From Bugula neritina (taxonomy: Eukaryota; Animalia; Bryozoa): a stretch of DNA of 64,000 bases. The DNA lies in NCBI GenBank assembly GCA_964035545.1, contig OZ037769.1, forward strand, positions 6,863,929 to 6,927,928. The letters are read 5' to 3'. Every line of letters begins with the position of its first letter. Positions within the stretch are counted from its first letter, which is position 1. The position numbers and the translations under genes were made by a program. Of the stretch, positions 63,613 through 64,000 are shown piece by piece. The notes below the pieces were generated by a model. That model was not told the origin of the DNA and did not search any database. It saw only the letters and a list, made by a program, of their open reading frames with translations.

Positions 63613-64000
63613 TGCAAGATTTCAATTCTAGAAAGGGTTATTGTACAATTAAGTAGCACCAATGTGTATACCTGACAAGAATAACATACATAATTGTATC
63701 CATTAAATCTACTAATATGCAAGAAACTATTACTGTGATTTTGTCTATGATTATTGGTCTATGATTCTGTTTAGAGCTTCATTCCTATTACCATCAGCAA
63801 TCTGAGTTTGACTAAAATAAGAAACATGCTAATCTAGCTGACAAGTTCTTCAAGGATTAATCTTTAAGAAAATTCAATATAAATTTACTAAAATCAGTCA
63901 ATAGAGAAAAAAGGCCAGTAGAAAAAACAAGGGGAAATTGTTAATTGTCTATCTGGAATATTACTGAAATAGTTTTGACATAAAAAACTATAAAAACATG

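Overview
AT-rich, intron-containing eukaryotic (invertebrate animal) DNA; the species cannot be determined from sequence alone. Reading across GT-AG junctions gives seven protein genes: a 17-exon prolyl endopeptidase (+, 3141-13770), an intronless 5-HT1-like GPCR (+, 22962-24269), a 7-exon nucleoredoxin with two WCPPC sites (-, 31666-25949), an uncharacterised Ser/Thr-rich multi-exon gene (-, about 43087-34093), an octopamine-alpha-like GPCR (-, 49186 to 44128 or 43617), a head-to-head alpha1-adrenergic-like GPCR (+, 51829-60551) and a PMF1/Nnf1-like kinetochore gene (-, 63612-61151). The repeat content includes two tRNA-derived SINE families, several MITEs, minisatellites at splice sites and a 5.9-kb DNA transposon with ~400-bp TIRs encoding a decayed, intron-containing transposase-like protein. 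The least expected signal is a pair of related type I hammerhead ribozyme motifs (19828-19896 +, intact core; 6413-6473 -, degenerate), each beside a long (TA)n tract. All exon boundaries were called by eye.
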